A stretch of 63,190 nucleotides of DNA from Eubacteriales bacterium (GTDB lineage Bacteria; Bacillota; Clostridia; Oscillospirales; CAG-272). How positions within the stretch are numbered: the stretch's first letter is position 1; each line of letters starts with the position of its first letter. The notes beneath the pieces were generated by a model that was given only the letters and a program-made list of their open reading frames with translations, had not been told where the DNA came from and made no database searches. Of the stretch, positions 36,451 through 46,913 are shown in pieces. Made by a program: the position numbers and the translations under genes. The DNA lies in assembly GCA_045659365.1 (NCBI GenBank), contig JAZOWT010000124.1:1-63190 (forward strand), written 5' to 3'.

Positions 36451-37593
36451 TCAATCAGAACAACGCTCTGCGAGCTTGTTGTGATACTTATGATAAAATT
36501 CCTCGAATGTTCCCTCATCGAGCGCATCACGGATCTTCTGCATAAGATCGTTATAGAAATAAAGGTTATGCAAAACAGCAAGGCGCATACCGAGCATCTC
36601 CTTGGCCTTGAAAAGGTGGCGGATGTATGCACGGGAGTAGCTCTTACAAGCCGGACAGCCACAGCTGGGGGATATGGGACGGGAGTCCTCAGCATATTTC
36701 TCGTTGATGAGGTTCATCTTACCCTCCCAGGTAAAGAGATTACCGTGGCGGGCATTACGGCTGGGCATTACGCAATCAAAGAAATCGACACCGCGGTAAA
36801 CTGCCTCAACGATGTTCTGAGGTGTACCAACACCCATGAGGTATCTGGGCTTGTCAACAGGCATATAGGGCTCAACTGTTTCGATGATATGATACATAAC
36901 GTCTGCTTCCTCACCTACTGCAAGTCCGCCGATCGCATATCCGTCACACTCAACCTTTTTGATCTCTTCCATATTTTCGATACGAAGATCGTCATATGTA
37001 CCGCCCTGGTTTATACCAAAGAGAAGCTGATCGCGGTTTACAGTGCTCTCAAGAGAGTTAAGGCGATCAAGCTCTGCCCTACATCTCTTAAGCCAACGTA
37101 CAGTACGTTCCTGCGAAGCCTTAACGTACTTATAGGGTGCAGGATTCTCAACACACTCGTCAAACGCCATGGCAATAGTAGAGCCAAGGTGAGACTGTAT
37201 GCGCATGGACTCCTCAGGGCCCATGAATATACGCTTGCCGTCAAAATGAGAGTTGAAGGCAACGCCCTCCTCTGTTATTTTGCGGAGCTTTGCAAGAGAG
37301 AATACCTGGAATCCACCGGAATCAGTAAGAACAGGTCTATCCCAGTTGAAGAATTTATGAAGTCCACCCTGTCTGTATATGATATCATCTCCGGGACGAA
37401 TGTGAAGATGATATGTATTCGAGAGCTCTACCTGACAGTTAACTTCCTTTAAGTCGTTTGTGGAAATACCGCCCTTGATAGCCGCAGATGTACCAACATT
37501 CATAAAAACGGGTGTTTCTATTGTTCCGTGAACGGTTTCAAACCTTCCGCGACGGGCCTTTCCTTCGGTTTTAAGCAAAGTAAATTTAGCCAT
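36451..37593 (-). CDS. tgt: queuine tRNA-ribosyltransferase (tRNA-guanine transglycosylase)
   Basis: TPVFMNVGT, LTDSGGFQV, and the zinc site CxCxxC...H (CGCPACKSYSRAYIRH). Confidence 0.95.
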   Translation of the reverse strand: MAKFTLLKTEGKARRGRFETVHGTIETPVFMNVGTSAAIKGGISTNDLKEVNCQVELSNTYHLHIRPGDDIIYRQGGLHKFFNWDRPVLTDSGGFQVFSLAKLRKITEEGVAFNSHFDGKRIFMGPEESMRIQSHLGSTIAMAFDECVENPAPYKYVKASQERTVRWLKRCRAELDRLNSLESTVNRDQLLFGINQGGTYDDLRIENMEEIKKVECDGYAIGGLAVGEEADVMYHIIETVEPYMPVDKPRYLMGVGTPQNIVEAVYRGVDFFDCVMPSRNARHGNLFTWEGKMNLINEKYAEDSRPISPSCGCPACKSYSRAYIRHLFKAKEMLGMRLAVLHNLYFYNDLMQKIRDALDEGTFEEFYHKYHNKLAERCSD

Positions 37594-37607
37594 AAATCTT
37601 TCCTTAT

Positions 37608-39593
37608 TTATTTAATACGCTCGAACTGTCTATCCAGCTCGTTTTTTGTAAGTCTGTAAGCTATTGGTCTGCCGTGAGGACATACGGTAATATCGGGTAA
37701 CAGCAGAACCTTGCCAACAAGCCACTCTATGATAGCATTGTTATAGATTCTACCGCCCTTTATTGCGGCCTTACATGCAATCTGATAGAGCGCCTTTTCG
37801 CGTCTTATATCCTCGGTAACACGCGGGTCGCCCTTTCCGTCAATCAGGTCATCGGTCATCTTAATGAACAGGGCTTCGGCATCGGTAACGCTTATTGCAT
37901 CAGGAATGGCGGTAATATCGACTGAGCGAGGGCCGACACTAAACTCAAAGCCAAGCGCCTCAATCTCGCTCTTATACTCTCCGGCTGCTACAACCTCCTC
38001 GGGAGAAAGCAACACCGTCATCGGCAACAAGAGTGTCTGTGATGATATTCTGCCGTCATTTTTTCTATTGTTATTAAGATCTTCAAATATTATACGTTCA
38101 TGTGCAGCATGTTTGTCTATTACAAGCAGCGCACCGTCGTACTCTACCATAACGTAGCAATTGAATGCCTCACCGATTATTTTATGCAGAGGAATTTCAG
38201 GCTCGGCAACTGTATGTGTAGAAGTGACAGACGCTTTAACCTCCTCAATAGGTTTGGCATCCCTGTATCTTTCAAGCAGCTCGACCGAGTCCTTGGGAGT
38301 CATCTCGTGGTAAGTCTTAGGAGCCGACTGAGATGAGGTGTAGGATTTTGTTACACCAATATCGCGTGATACACTGGCAACACCTAACGGCCTATCCAGT
38401 TCTGAGCGATACTCACGATAGGCAGGCTTTGTCGAGAACGAGGGGGTAGGCCTGCTTTCGGTTTCAAATGAATATGTGCGAGCCGGCTTTTCTTCGGTTA
38501 TCTTTATCTGCTCGGCCTTTGTTTTCTCGCCTACGGGAATAAATGCGCCGAGCGGATTATAATCACCTTTTTTGGTGCTTCCAAGTGTGAGCTCGGGTCG
38601 ATACTCGTGATCCTCAAGAGCGGTCTTGACGGTGTAGTATACTGTTTCAAACACCGCGCGCTCATCGGTGAACTTAACCTCAAGCTTTGCAGGGTGAACG
38701 TTGACGTCAACCGTTTTGGGATTCATCTCAAGAAAAAGAATACATGCGGGAAAGCACTCGGGTGCGATATATGATGTATATGCTTTTTCCAAAGCAGCCA
38801 TAGCCGTCATGCTCTTTACATATCTGCCGTTGATAAAGAAGTTTTGTAGATTTCTATTTTTCTTAACATTGTCACTACGACCTATAAAGCCATGAACACG
38901 AATTCCGTTTGCAGTACCCTCCGCCTTTATAAGCTTACTTGCAAAATCCTTGCCAAATACAGCATAGACGGTATTGTAGAGGTCATTATCACCGGGAGTC
39001 TTAAAGCGCTCCTCTCCATCTATCAAAAGCTGTATTGATATTTCGGGATGTGAAACCGCGACTTTTTCTACAAGCGCGGCAACGTTCATAGCCTCGGTAG
39101 CATCCTTTTTAAGAAACTTTCTACGTGCGGGAACGTTACCAAACAAATTTTCTACAACAACAGTTGTACCGTCTGCAGCGCCAACCTCCGATATATCCAC
39201 AACACGTCCGCCCTCAGCGGTAAGCATCGTTGCAATAGGAGCATCTTTTGTTTTACTTATGATGGTCATGGAGGATACCGACGATATAGCAGCAAGCGCC
39301 TCTCCACGGAATCCGAGAGTCATAATAGAGTCCAGGTCTTCCTTGTCCTTTATCTTGCTTGTGGCATGTCGCTTAAGCGCTACAGGAAGATCCTCTTTCT
39401 CTATTCCGCATCCATTGTCGGATACTCTGATCAACGCTACACCACCGCGCTTTATCTCTGCAACTATGGATGTTGCGCCGGAGTCTATTGAATTTTCGAT
39501 AAGCTCCTTAAGGACTGACGAGGGGCGCTCCACCACCTCGCCTGCCGCTATAAGGTTGGCTATTTCAAAATCGAGAACGTTAATTTTTGACAT
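37608..39593 (-). CDS. mutL: DNA mismatch repair protein MutL
   Basis: GHKL ATPase N-terminus (LIAAGEVVERPSSVLKELIENSIDSG, GFRGEAL) and the C-terminal endonuclease domain. Confidence 0.95.
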   Translation of the reverse strand: MSKINVLDFEIANLIAAGEVVERPSSVLKELIENSIDSGATSIVAEIKRGGVALIRVSDNGCGIEKEDLPVALKRHATSKIKDKEDLDSIMTLGFRGEALAAISSVSSMTIISKTKDAPIATMLTAEGGRVVDISEVGAADGTTVVVENLFGNVPARRKFLKKDATEAMNVAALVEKVAVSHPEISIQLLIDGEERFKTPGDNDLYNTVYAVFGKDFASKLIKAEGTANGIRVHGFIGRSDNVKKNRNLQNFFINGRYVKSMTAMAALEKAYTSYIAPECFPACILFLEMNPKTVDVNVHPAKLEVKFTDERAVFETVYYTVKTALEDHEYRPELTLGSTKKGDYNPLGAFIPVGEKTKAEQIKITEEKPARTYSFETESRPTPSFSTKPAYREYRSELDRPLGVASVSRDIGVTKSYTSSQSAPKTYHEMTPKDSVELLERYRDAKPIEEVKASVTSTHTVAEPEIPLHKIIGEAFNCYVMVEYDGALLVIDKHAAHERIIFEDLNNNRKNDGRISSQTLLLPMTVLLSPEEVVAAGEYKSEIEALGFEFSVGPRSVDITAIPDAISVTDAEALFIKMTDDLIDGKGDPRVTEDIRREKALYQIACKAAIKGGRIYNNAIIEWLVGKVLLLPDITVCPHGRPIAYRLTKNELDRQFERIK

Positions 39594-39602
39594 ATATGCC
39601 TC

Positions 39603-42230
39603 TTAATTCAACATTTTTTTAAGCTCGAACAGTAGGTTCATCGCTTCTATCGGAGTCATAGTATTTATATCGGTAGCTCTGATTTTGTCTGCGGCCTCAC
39701 TATCCTTGGAAGCGATTAAGCCGGCAAACATATCAACCTGTGAGGATGCGGTAACGGTAGTATTACTCTTGGGAGCAACCGTACCCACCTTTTCGATTTC
39801 GGCAAGTATCTCCTTTGCGCGCTTTACAACCTCTGCCGGAACACCCGCAAGTTTTGCAACCTCGATACCGTATGAATCATCGGTTCCGCCTCTTACTATC
39901 TTGCGCAGGAATATTACCGAATCACCGCGCTTCTTCGCGGCTATGTTATAGTTTACTATTCCCTCATACTGCTCTTCCATGTCGGTAAGCTCGTGATAGT
40001 GAGTAGCAAACAAGGTCTTAGCACCGATCTTCTTTGAGTGAGTATATTCGACCACTGCACGGGCAATTGCCATACCGTCATACGTACTTGTGCCACGGCC
40101 GACCTCGTCATAGATTATAAGTGACTTTTTTGTCGCGCCCTTAAGTATCGTAGCAACCTCGTTCATTTCCAGCATAAAGGTAGACTGACCTGAAGCAAGG
40201 TCATCGGATGCACCGACACGGGTGAATATCTTATCCACGATACCGATCTTTGCTTCACGTGCAGGAACGAAGGAACCGATCTGCGCCATAAGTGTGATTA
40301 TCGCAACCTGGCGCATATAAGTGGACTTACCAGCCATGTTCGGTCCGGTTATGATCATCATTCTGCTATCTGCAGTATTGAGCTGCGTATCGTTAGGAAC
40401 AAAATAACTGTCGGTAACGAATTTTTCAACAACCGGGTGACGTCCGTCCTTTATGATAATATCGGTGGAAAGATCCACCTCGGGACAAACGTAAGCATTC
40501 TTACGCGCAACCTCTGCAAGCGAGCGGTACACGTCTATTTCTGCGATAAGCGCCGCACTCTTTCTGATTCTGTCACAGTTGTCGCATACAAAATTGCGCA
40601 GGCCGGTAAATATCTCAAACTCGAGAGTAACCAGCTTATCCTCAGCGGAAAAGATGGTGTTTTCCATCTCCTTAAGCTCCTGCGTAATATATCTCTCGCA
40701 ATTTGTAAGCGTCTGCTTTCTGACGTATCTGTCAGGAACCTGGTCTATAAAGGATTTGGAAACCTCGATGTAATAGCCGAAGACCTTGTTGTATGCTACC
40801 TTAAGAGTCTTGATGCCGGTTTCTTCCTTTTCGCGCTCCTCGATCGAACGCATTATATCGGTTCCGTTATCCTTTATTGCGCGGTAGTAATCAACGTCCG
40901 CATTGAAGCCGGGGCGAATCATACCTCCCTCTCGTACAGTAAAAGGAGGTGTATCCACGAGCGCACGGCCGAGAAGATCAGCTACGTCCTCAAGTGTATC
41001 GAGCTCGCGCTTGATAATCGACATCGAGTTACTGGTGAGCTTGGATATTTTATCCTTTACCTCCGGCAAACCAACTATGCTCTGATATATAGCGCGCAGA
41101 TCCTTTGCGTTTGCAGTGCCGTACACCGCCTTAGCTGTAAGTCTTTCTATATCAAGTGTAGAGGACAACAGCTCTGCTACGTCATCATTGACCGGAGTGT
41201 TCTTTACAAAATCGTTTACTGCCGCCTGTCTGTTAGATATCTGTACGGGATCTATCAAGGGCTTAAGCATCCAGGATCTGAGAAGTCGCGCACCCATAGC
41301 AGTTTTTGTCTTGTCGAGTACCCAGAGCAAGGAGCCGCGCTTTTCCTTTGTACGCATTGCTTCTGTAAGCTCAAGGTTTCTTCTTGTGTTTATATCTATT
41401 TCAAGGTACTGTCCCTTGGAATATACGTTAATATCCTTTGCAAACGCTACGTCAGTCTTCTGCGTTTCGCTTATGTAGGAAAGAAGTGCGCCAACACACA
41501 TAACGAGCTCAGGCTCGGAAAGCTTGTCCGCCTCCTCTGCAAAAACTCGTCTGGTGCTTTCCTTAGCGCGATCGTAATCAAACAAGCGCTTTGCACCCTC
41601 GGTTATTAAGGTACCAAATCTTGCGGTAAGAAATTCTATAAGCTGACTGCAGGAATCCTTGGACACATTGAATATAGCCTCAGCGGGTTGATATGATGCA
41701 ATTTCGTTTTCCGCTCTTACGATAGCATCATCACCGACGATGTAGGTACATGACACCTCACCGGTAGATATATCGGCAAAGCCAAGCGCGACCCCGCTCT
41801 TACCTATGCATACCGAGGAAAGGAAGTTATTTTGTCCCTCCTTAAGCAGCGAACCATCTGTTATAGTACCGGGGGTAATAACACGTGTTACCTCGCGCTT
41901 TACAAGGCCTACTGCCGCCTTAGGATCCTCGGTTTGCTCACATATAGCCACCTTATATCCCTTTTCGACCAGTCTGCCTACGTAAACGTCTGCCTTGTGG
42001 AAAGGCACACCGCACATAGCACCTCTACGTCCCTCTCCGCAATCACGCGCAGTAAGGGTAAGCTCTAATTCTCTTGAAGCAATAAGAGCATCGTCAAAGA
42101 AGCACTCGTAAAAGTCACCGAGGCGATACATGAGTATATATCCCTCATACTGCTCCTTGACCTCAAGGTATTGCTTCATCATCGGAGTTGTGTTTTGAAG
42201 ATCAGCAACTCTCTCGATAATTTCTGCCAT
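39603..42230 (-). CDS. mutS: DNA mismatch repair protein MutS
   Basis: TPMMKQYLEVK...GDFYE mismatch-binding N-terminus, Walker A GPNMAGKST, DEVGRGTS. Confidence 0.97.
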   Translation of the reverse strand: MAEIIERVADLQNTTPMMKQYLEVKEQYEGYILMYRLGDFYECFFDDALIASRELELTLTARDCGEGRRGAMCGVPFHKADVYVGRLVEKGYKVAICEQTEDPKAAVGLVKREVTRVITPGTITDGSLLKEGQNNFLSSVCIGKSGVALGFADISTGEVSCTYIVGDDAIVRAENEIASYQPAEAIFNVSKDSCSQLIEFLTARFGTLITEGAKRLFDYDRAKESTRRVFAEEADKLSEPELVMCVGALLSYISETQKTDVAFAKDINVYSKGQYLEIDINTRRNLELTEAMRTKEKRGSLLWVLDKTKTAMGARLLRSWMLKPLIDPVQISNRQAAVNDFVKNTPVNDDVAELLSSTLDIERLTAKAVYGTANAKDLRAIYQSIVGLPEVKDKISKLTSNSMSIIKRELDTLEDVADLLGRALVDTPPFTVREGGMIRPGFNADVDYYRAIKDNGTDIMRSIEEREKEETGIKTLKVAYNKVFGYYIEVSKSFIDQVPDRYVRKQTLTNCERYITQELKEMENTIFSAEDKLVTLEFEIFTGLRNFVCDNCDRIRKSAALIAEIDVYRSLAEVARKNAYVCPEVDLSTDIIIKDGRHPVVEKFVTDSYFVPNDTQLNTADSRMMIITGPNMAGKSTYMRQVAIITLMAQIGSFVPAREAKIGIVDKIFTRVGASDDLASGQSTFMLEMNEVATILKGATKKSLIIYDEVGRGTSTYDGMAIARAVVEYTHSKKIGAKTLFATHYHELTDMEEQYEGIVNYNIAAKKRGDSVIFLRKIVRGGTDDSYGIEVAKLAGVPAEVVKRAKEILAEIEKVGTVAPKSNTTVTASSQVDMFAGLIASKDSEAADKIRATDINTMTPIEAMNLLFELKKMLN

Positions 42231-42259
42231 AGTTTAAACCTCTTATTTTGATTAGAGTA

Positions 42260-42658
42260 TTAGTGTGCGCATCCGCCACAGGTAGAGCAATCGTGAGTAC
42301 ACTCGGAGGGGCGCTCACCGGTAATGCAGAACTTGATCTCGGCATTAACCGAATTCATAAGGTCGTTTACTGCCTTCTGTGCATTTGCGAAATCGGTGTA
42401 ATGCTGATTTGCGGTTATCTCTCTTGAGAGCTCCTCAAGTCTTGCCTTGAGGTTTTCAATAGCGATCTTATCCGCAACATCAGGCTCCTTTGAAAACTCC
42501 TGTGCAAGAAGAACCTTTTCGGTCTGGTACTCTCTCATCTTTTCCTGCAGGGGCTCATCGTTATCAAAAATGCTTTTGGTAAGCTCAAGAAGGCGCATTT
42601 CCTCGCTTCTTGCGATCTCTTCTCCAAGTGCGTGTGCAAGCTCTATTATCTTAGTCAT
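42260..42658 (-). CDS. YlbF/YmcA-family protein (RicA/YmcA-like by position after miaB) with Cys-rich C-terminus
   Basis: All-helical 132 aa. The miaB-ymcA-...-mutS-mutL order matches B. subtilis. The tail is ECTHDCSTCGGCAH. ATG 42658 (RBS AAAGGAA) is preferred to ORF-track 42700, which overlaps miaB. Confidence 0.7.
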   Translation of the reverse strand: MTKIIELAHALGEEIARSEEMRLLELTKSIFDNDEPLQEKMREYQTEKVLLAQEFSKEPDVADKIAIENLKARLEELSREITANQHYTDFANAQKAVNDLMNSVNAEIKFCITGERPSECTHDCSTCGGCAH

Positions 42659-42662
42659 TTTA

Positions 42663-44051
42663 TTAATTCCTTTCAATCTCACCGAACAGGTCAAACGCAC
42701 CTGTACGAGTTATTTTCACATTTATAAATTCACCTATATAGTTTACGTCAGATTCAAAATGGACAAGCTTGTTGGTAGAGGTTCTGGCGCTGTATACGTT
42801 AACACCGTTTTTCTCTTCCACACTATCGACTATGACCCGCTCAACTCTGCCGAGGTATGCATCGTTCTTTTCTCTCGATATATTGCACTGAACCTCAAGA
42901 AGTCTGGCCATGCGAGCTTTCTTTATATCGTCAGGAACCTGATTTTCCATTTTTGCGGCGCGAGTTCCCTCTCTTGGGGAATATATGAATGAAAACACCA
43001 TATCGAAGCGCACGCGCTCAAGCATACTCATCGTTCCCTCAAAATCCTCATCGGTTTCACCTGGGAAGCCAACGATTATATCACTGGTAAGCGCAACATC
43101 AGGAACGACCGCTCTCAGCTTGTCTATTGTAGACATATATTTGGCGGTGTTGTAGGTTCTGTTCATTTCCTTAAGAACTCTATCACTACCAGACTGAAGA
43201 GGTAGATGGAACGTAGGAGCGATCTTACCGCTATATTTTCCGAATACCTCTATAAGCTCATCCGAAACGTCCTTCGGGTGGCTTGTCATAAATCTAAGAA
43301 CGAAGTCGCCGGGAATCTTTGCCACCTCTGCAAGAAGTTGCGCAAAGGTGATATCTGATCTATACGAATTTACGTTTTGTCCAAGGAGTGTTATTTCCTT
43401 ATATCCACGAGATATAAGATCGCGACACTCGGCTATTACATCATCACTGTTACGGCTACGCTCACGTCCTCTGACATAAGGCACTATACAATAAGAGCAG
43501 AAGTTGTTGCAGCCGTACATTATGGACACCCACGCCTTGTGCGAGGACACGCGAACGCTGGGCATACCCTCTACAACATCTCCCTCATCCGTGCCAAAGA
43601 CAAACGAACGGCGGCGCTGATAGAGCGCACGGTGCACAAGCTCGGGCATGCGGTGAATCATGGAGGGCTCGAGGGTGAAGCTCACGTGGTGGTAGCTCTT
43701 CTTAATGCTCTCTGCCATATGAGGCTCTGCGGCCATACATCCGCATACACCGACGATGAGATCGGGCTTTGACTCGCGAAGCGGCTTGAAGTTTCCGACG
43801 ATGGAAAGGGCCTTAAGCTCGGCATGACGGCGTATAGCACAGGTGTTCACCACTATCAGATCTGCATCCTCAGGCCTATCTGTAAGCGCATATCCCATTT
43901 GCTCTGCCATTGCGCGCATTTTTTCACTGTCAGCTTCGTTTTGCTGACATCCGAGAGTAATAACGCAGGCATTTTTATTTTTTCCGTTGTTAAGAGCTTT
44001 TACACCCTGTATATATTTTGATTGTTCTGTATCGTTTATGTTTAAATTCAT
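42663..44051 (-). CDS. miaB: tRNA (N6-isopentenyl adenosine(37)-C2)-methylthiotransferase MiaB
   Basis: UPF0004 N-domain cysteines (TLGCQQN, NTCAIR), radical SAM CNNFCSYC, TRAM C-terminus. ATG 44051 overlaps the dxs stop as ATGA. Confidence 0.9.
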   Translation of the reverse strand: MNLNINDTEQSKYIQGVKALNNGKNKNACVITLGCQQNEADSEKMRAMAEQMGYALTDRPEDADLIVVNTCAIRRHAELKALSIVGNFKPLRESKPDLIVGVCGCMAAEPHMAESIKKSYHHVSFTLEPSMIHRMPELVHRALYQRRRSFVFGTDEGDVVEGMPSVRVSSHKAWVSIMYGCNNFCSYCIVPYVRGRERSRNSDDVIAECRDLISRGYKEITLLGQNVNSYRSDITFAQLLAEVAKIPGDFVLRFMTSHPKDVSDELIEVFGKYSGKIAPTFHLPLQSGSDRVLKEMNRTYNTAKYMSTIDKLRAVVPDVALTSDIIVGFPGETDEDFEGTMSMLERVRFDMVFSFIYSPREGTRAAKMENQVPDDIKKARMARLLEVQCNISREKNDAYLGRVERVIVDSVEEKNGVNVYSARTSTNKLVHFESDVNYIGEFINVKITRTGAFDLFGEIERN

Positions 44052-45925
44052 CTTTTCTTTCCGTTTAACATTTTTTCTGCAAGCTTCTCTGCGGAAAGGC
44101 CAACATGATCGTAAAGATCGCAAGGCTCTGTGGGAGAAGCGAAGTTATCGTCTATTGCGGATATAAGATATTCGCAGGAATTAAGGTCGGCTCCGAGCTG
44201 CTCGAGTGCATCGCGCATAAGCATACCGGCACCACCGTTCCTGATTCCCTCCTCCGCAAAGAGAATACGGCGAGCTCCGGCTATATACGGCATTACGGAG
44301 CGTGCCGAATAATCGTAAGGCTTAAGCACCTCGAGGAGCACCACGCCTACACGACGGCCGGTAACGGCGCGAACCATGTCTGCCGCCTTAAGCACGCGCG
44401 AAGCGATAGAGCCGTAGGTGATAAAGACGTATTCCGGAGCATCCGCAGGATCAAAATTAGCGCGAGCACCAAAGGGTGTCGTTGCAGGCTTGGAATAAAA
44501 AGCGCGTACGACGTCATCGTTTTGAGATGAATTAGGATATCTGACTGCAATAGGCTCATCAACCATATTCGCGAACTCAACCGCCTCTTCAAGTGCAGAA
44601 TAAGTCGCAGGGGATATGATGGTCATGCCCGGAATCTGAGAAAGGAATGCAACGTCAAATATACCGTGGTGGGTTGCACCGTCACCGACTGCAAGGCCGG
44701 CGCGGTCTATCATAAGCTTTACAGGAAGGCCCTGAAGCGATATATCATGGAGTATATTATCGTATCCACGCTGTAAGAATGTAGAATATATTCCCACATA
44801 CGGCTTGATACCCTTTGCCGCAAGACCTGCAGAGAACGTCAGTGCATGCTCCTCAGCTATTCCGACGTCAAAATATCTGTCGGGGTATGCCTTGCCGAAC
44901 TTATCGAGGCCGGTACCGATACCCATAGCCGCTGTGATGGCGACAATATCCTTATCGTCCTTGGCCATCGAGGTAAGCGAGTCTGCCATTACAGAGTGAA
45001 AGCTCTTTTCAGCCACCGCTTTGTTATATACACTGTGGAAATCATCGGGAGAAGCCTCGGCGGGAGCATATCCCTTGCCCTTCAACGTCTTAAGGTGAAC
45101 TATAACACACTCACCAAGCGACTTTGCCTGTCTGAGCGCCTTTTCAACCTTGGTATAATCATTGCCGTCAATGGGGCCAAGATAGTAAAGTCCAAGGTCC
45201 TCAAAGTAGTTTGAGGAAAAGAACATATTTTTGAACTTATTCTTCACAAAGGTCAAAAATCTGTGAATAGGCTTGCCGATCAAGGGGGTGCGGTCAACTA
45301 CCTTGCTTGTACCCTTTTTCCACTTGCGATAGCTCTTGGAGATACGCACTCTTGAAAGATAACTTGCAAAGGTGCCCTTATTGACCGAGATAGACATACC
45401 GTTCTCGTTAAGTATGATTATAAGCTTGAGCTTGGGGTCGCAGTTATTGAGAGCCTCGTGAACCATACCGCCGGTGTATGCACCGTCACCAAGAACCGCA
45501 ATCGTATAGGCGTCGGAGCCCTGCAAACGATCTGCTACCGCATAGCCGAGAGCCGCAGAAACCGATGTAGAGCTATGGCCGGCACCGAACGCGTCGTGCT
45601 CACTTTCGGACATCTTGGTAAATCCGGAGAGTCCACCGGGTGTTCTGAGGGTAGAAAAGCCGTCTCTACGACCGGTAAGAAGCTTATGAACGTATGACTG
45701 ATGACCAACGTCAAAAATTATATGATCCTTAGGTGAGTCGAACACTCTATGGATTGCAACGGAAAGCTCGGTAGCACCGAGGTTTGATGCAAGATGTCCA
45801 CCGGAGCGCTCTACATTGTCGATAAGGAACGAGCGGATCTGGTCACAAAGAGGTACCATATCGTCATCGCCAAGCTGCTTGAGGTCCTCGGGAGAATTTA
45901 TATTTTCAAGTAAGCTATATTTCAT
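44048..45925 (-). CDS. dxs: 1-deoxy-D-xylulose-5-phosphate synthase
   Basis: GGHLASNLG, HQSYVHKLLTGR, ThDP motif LGDGAYTGGMVHEALN. 625 aa. Confidence 0.96.
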   Translation of the reverse strand: MKYSLLENINSPEDLKQLGDDDMVPLCDQIRSFLIDNVERSGGHLASNLGATELSVAIHRVFDSPKDHIIFDVGHQSYVHKLLTGRRDGFSTLRTPGGLSGFTKMSESEHDAFGAGHSSTSVSAALGYAVADRLQGSDAYTIAVLGDGAYTGGMVHEALNNCDPKLKLIIILNENGMSISVNKGTFASYLSRVRISKSYRKWKKGTSKVVDRTPLIGKPIHRFLTFVKNKFKNMFFSSNYFEDLGLYYLGPIDGNDYTKVEKALRQAKSLGECVIVHLKTLKGKGYAPAEASPDDFHSVYNKAVAEKSFHSVMADSLTSMAKDDKDIVAITAAMGIGTGLDKFGKAYPDRYFDVGIAEEHALTFSAGLAAKGIKPYVGIYSTFLQRGYDNILHDISLQGLPVKLMIDRAGLAVGDGATHHGIFDVAFLSQIPGMTIISPATYSALEEAVEFANMVDEPIAVRYPNSSQNDDVVRAFYSKPATTPFGARANFDPADAPEYVFITYGSIASRVLKAADMVRAVTGRRVGVVLLEVLKPYDYSARSVMPYIAGARRILFAEEGIRNGGAGMLMRDALEQLGADLNSCEYLISAIDDNFASPTEPCDLYDHVGLSAEKLAEKMLNGKKR

Positions 45926-46736
45926 CTTTCATCCTTCCGTGGGCGGTAGGAGCCCTTCCAACTACCTTCATATAAGCGCGGTAGAACGCCGAATAATCAC
46001 CAAATCCAACCTTATAGGCTGCGGACGCGGCCGACTCGCCGGACTCGATGAGCTGCTTGGCATGCATAACTCTTTTCTGCACTATGTATCCGTGTATTGA
46101 AATGCCGTTGTGCTTTTTAAAGGCACGGCACAAATAATATTTGCTGACGAAAAAGCGCTTTGCGAGCTTATCAAGAGATATGTCGCGGAAGGCATTTTCA
46201 TTAAGGTATCTTATAACTCTGGCACCTATGTCCCAGTCCTCCTCCATAAGAACCTCGCGGCCCTCGACCGAGAGTGTAAGAATTAGCTCTGACAAAAGCA
46301 GTCTTGTAAGCTTATCCCTTTCCATAGGAGGAAATCCCGCAATCCGGCGCATACGGTCAAGGATCGATACCAGGGAGTCAGATTTTGATCCGAGAGCATA
46401 ATAAGCACCTGTGGGCTTTGCGGAATCGACAAGGCGCTGAAAAACATCAAAGACGCAGTCGACGATCACTGAGGTATCAAAGTTGATTACGATACGCTCA
46501 TATGCAGAATCCGGATCAACCGAGACACAGTGATATACAAGCGGAGGAAAAATCATAAGAGTATGAGGCTTTATGGGATACTCAACACCCTCAACGACGT
46601 ATTTGCCGCTGCCCTCGACAACGTATATTATTTCGTACTTATCGTGGCAATGACTGGAGTTGAGATTTTCAGGCGCACTGTCAGTGCAGGCTTCAAAATA
46701 ACTGAAATTCTTGCTATCAAAATGAGTGTTTTTCAC
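45915..46736 (-). CDS. AraC-family transcriptional regulator (cupin sensor + HTH)
   Basis: N-terminal cupin-like HCHDKYEIIYVVEGSG. C-terminal AraC HTH (SLDKLAKRFFVSKYYLCRAFKK...GFGDYSAFYRAYMK). GTG start with an AGGAGG RBS. The 3' end overlaps the dxs start by 11 nt. Confidence 0.88.
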   Translation of the reverse strand: MKNTHFDSKNFSYFEACTDSAPENLNSSHCHDKYEIIYVVEGSGKYVVEGVEYPIKPHTLMIFPPLVYHCVSVDPDSAYERIVINFDTSVIVDCVFDVFQRLVDSAKPTGAYYALGSKSDSLVSILDRMRRIAGFPPMERDKLTRLLLSELILTLSVEGREVLMEEDWDIGARVIRYLNENAFRDISLDKLAKRFFVSKYYLCRAFKKHNGISIHGYIVQKRVMHAKQLIESGESAASAAYKVGFGDYSAFYRAYMKVVGRAPTAHGRMKDEI

Positions 46737-46863
46737 CGTTTTTCCTCCTTCCGCTATGTATTACCTGCGCGCGAGCACAGGTGTACATCATATATTTTAG
46801 CACAAGCGGTCAACTTTTGCAATAGTTTTTGCAACAGTGACAATACTTTTTTTAAAAAATATA

Positions 46864-46893
46864 TTGAATTTTCCAACACGGATATGTTAAAAT
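46864..46893 (+). promoter_or_regulatory. putative promoter of the carbohydrate cluster
   Basis: TTGAAT (46864-46869), 18 nt, TAAAAT (46888-46893), with TG at 46885-46886 (extended -10). Confidence 0.5.
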
Positions 46894-46913
46894 TGAATTG
46901 ATCCGTTATAAAC

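Noticed and set aside
36433-37452. 339-aa plus-strand ORF antisense to tgt
   Set aside because: Codon-aligned with tgt (37593 - 36435 = 3 x 386). Its 5' end would start inside the bidirectional terminator.
40437-41609. 390-aa plus-strand ORF antisense to mutS
   Set aside because: Codon-aligned shadow frame (42230 - 40439 = 3 x 597). No recognisable motifs and no translation signals.
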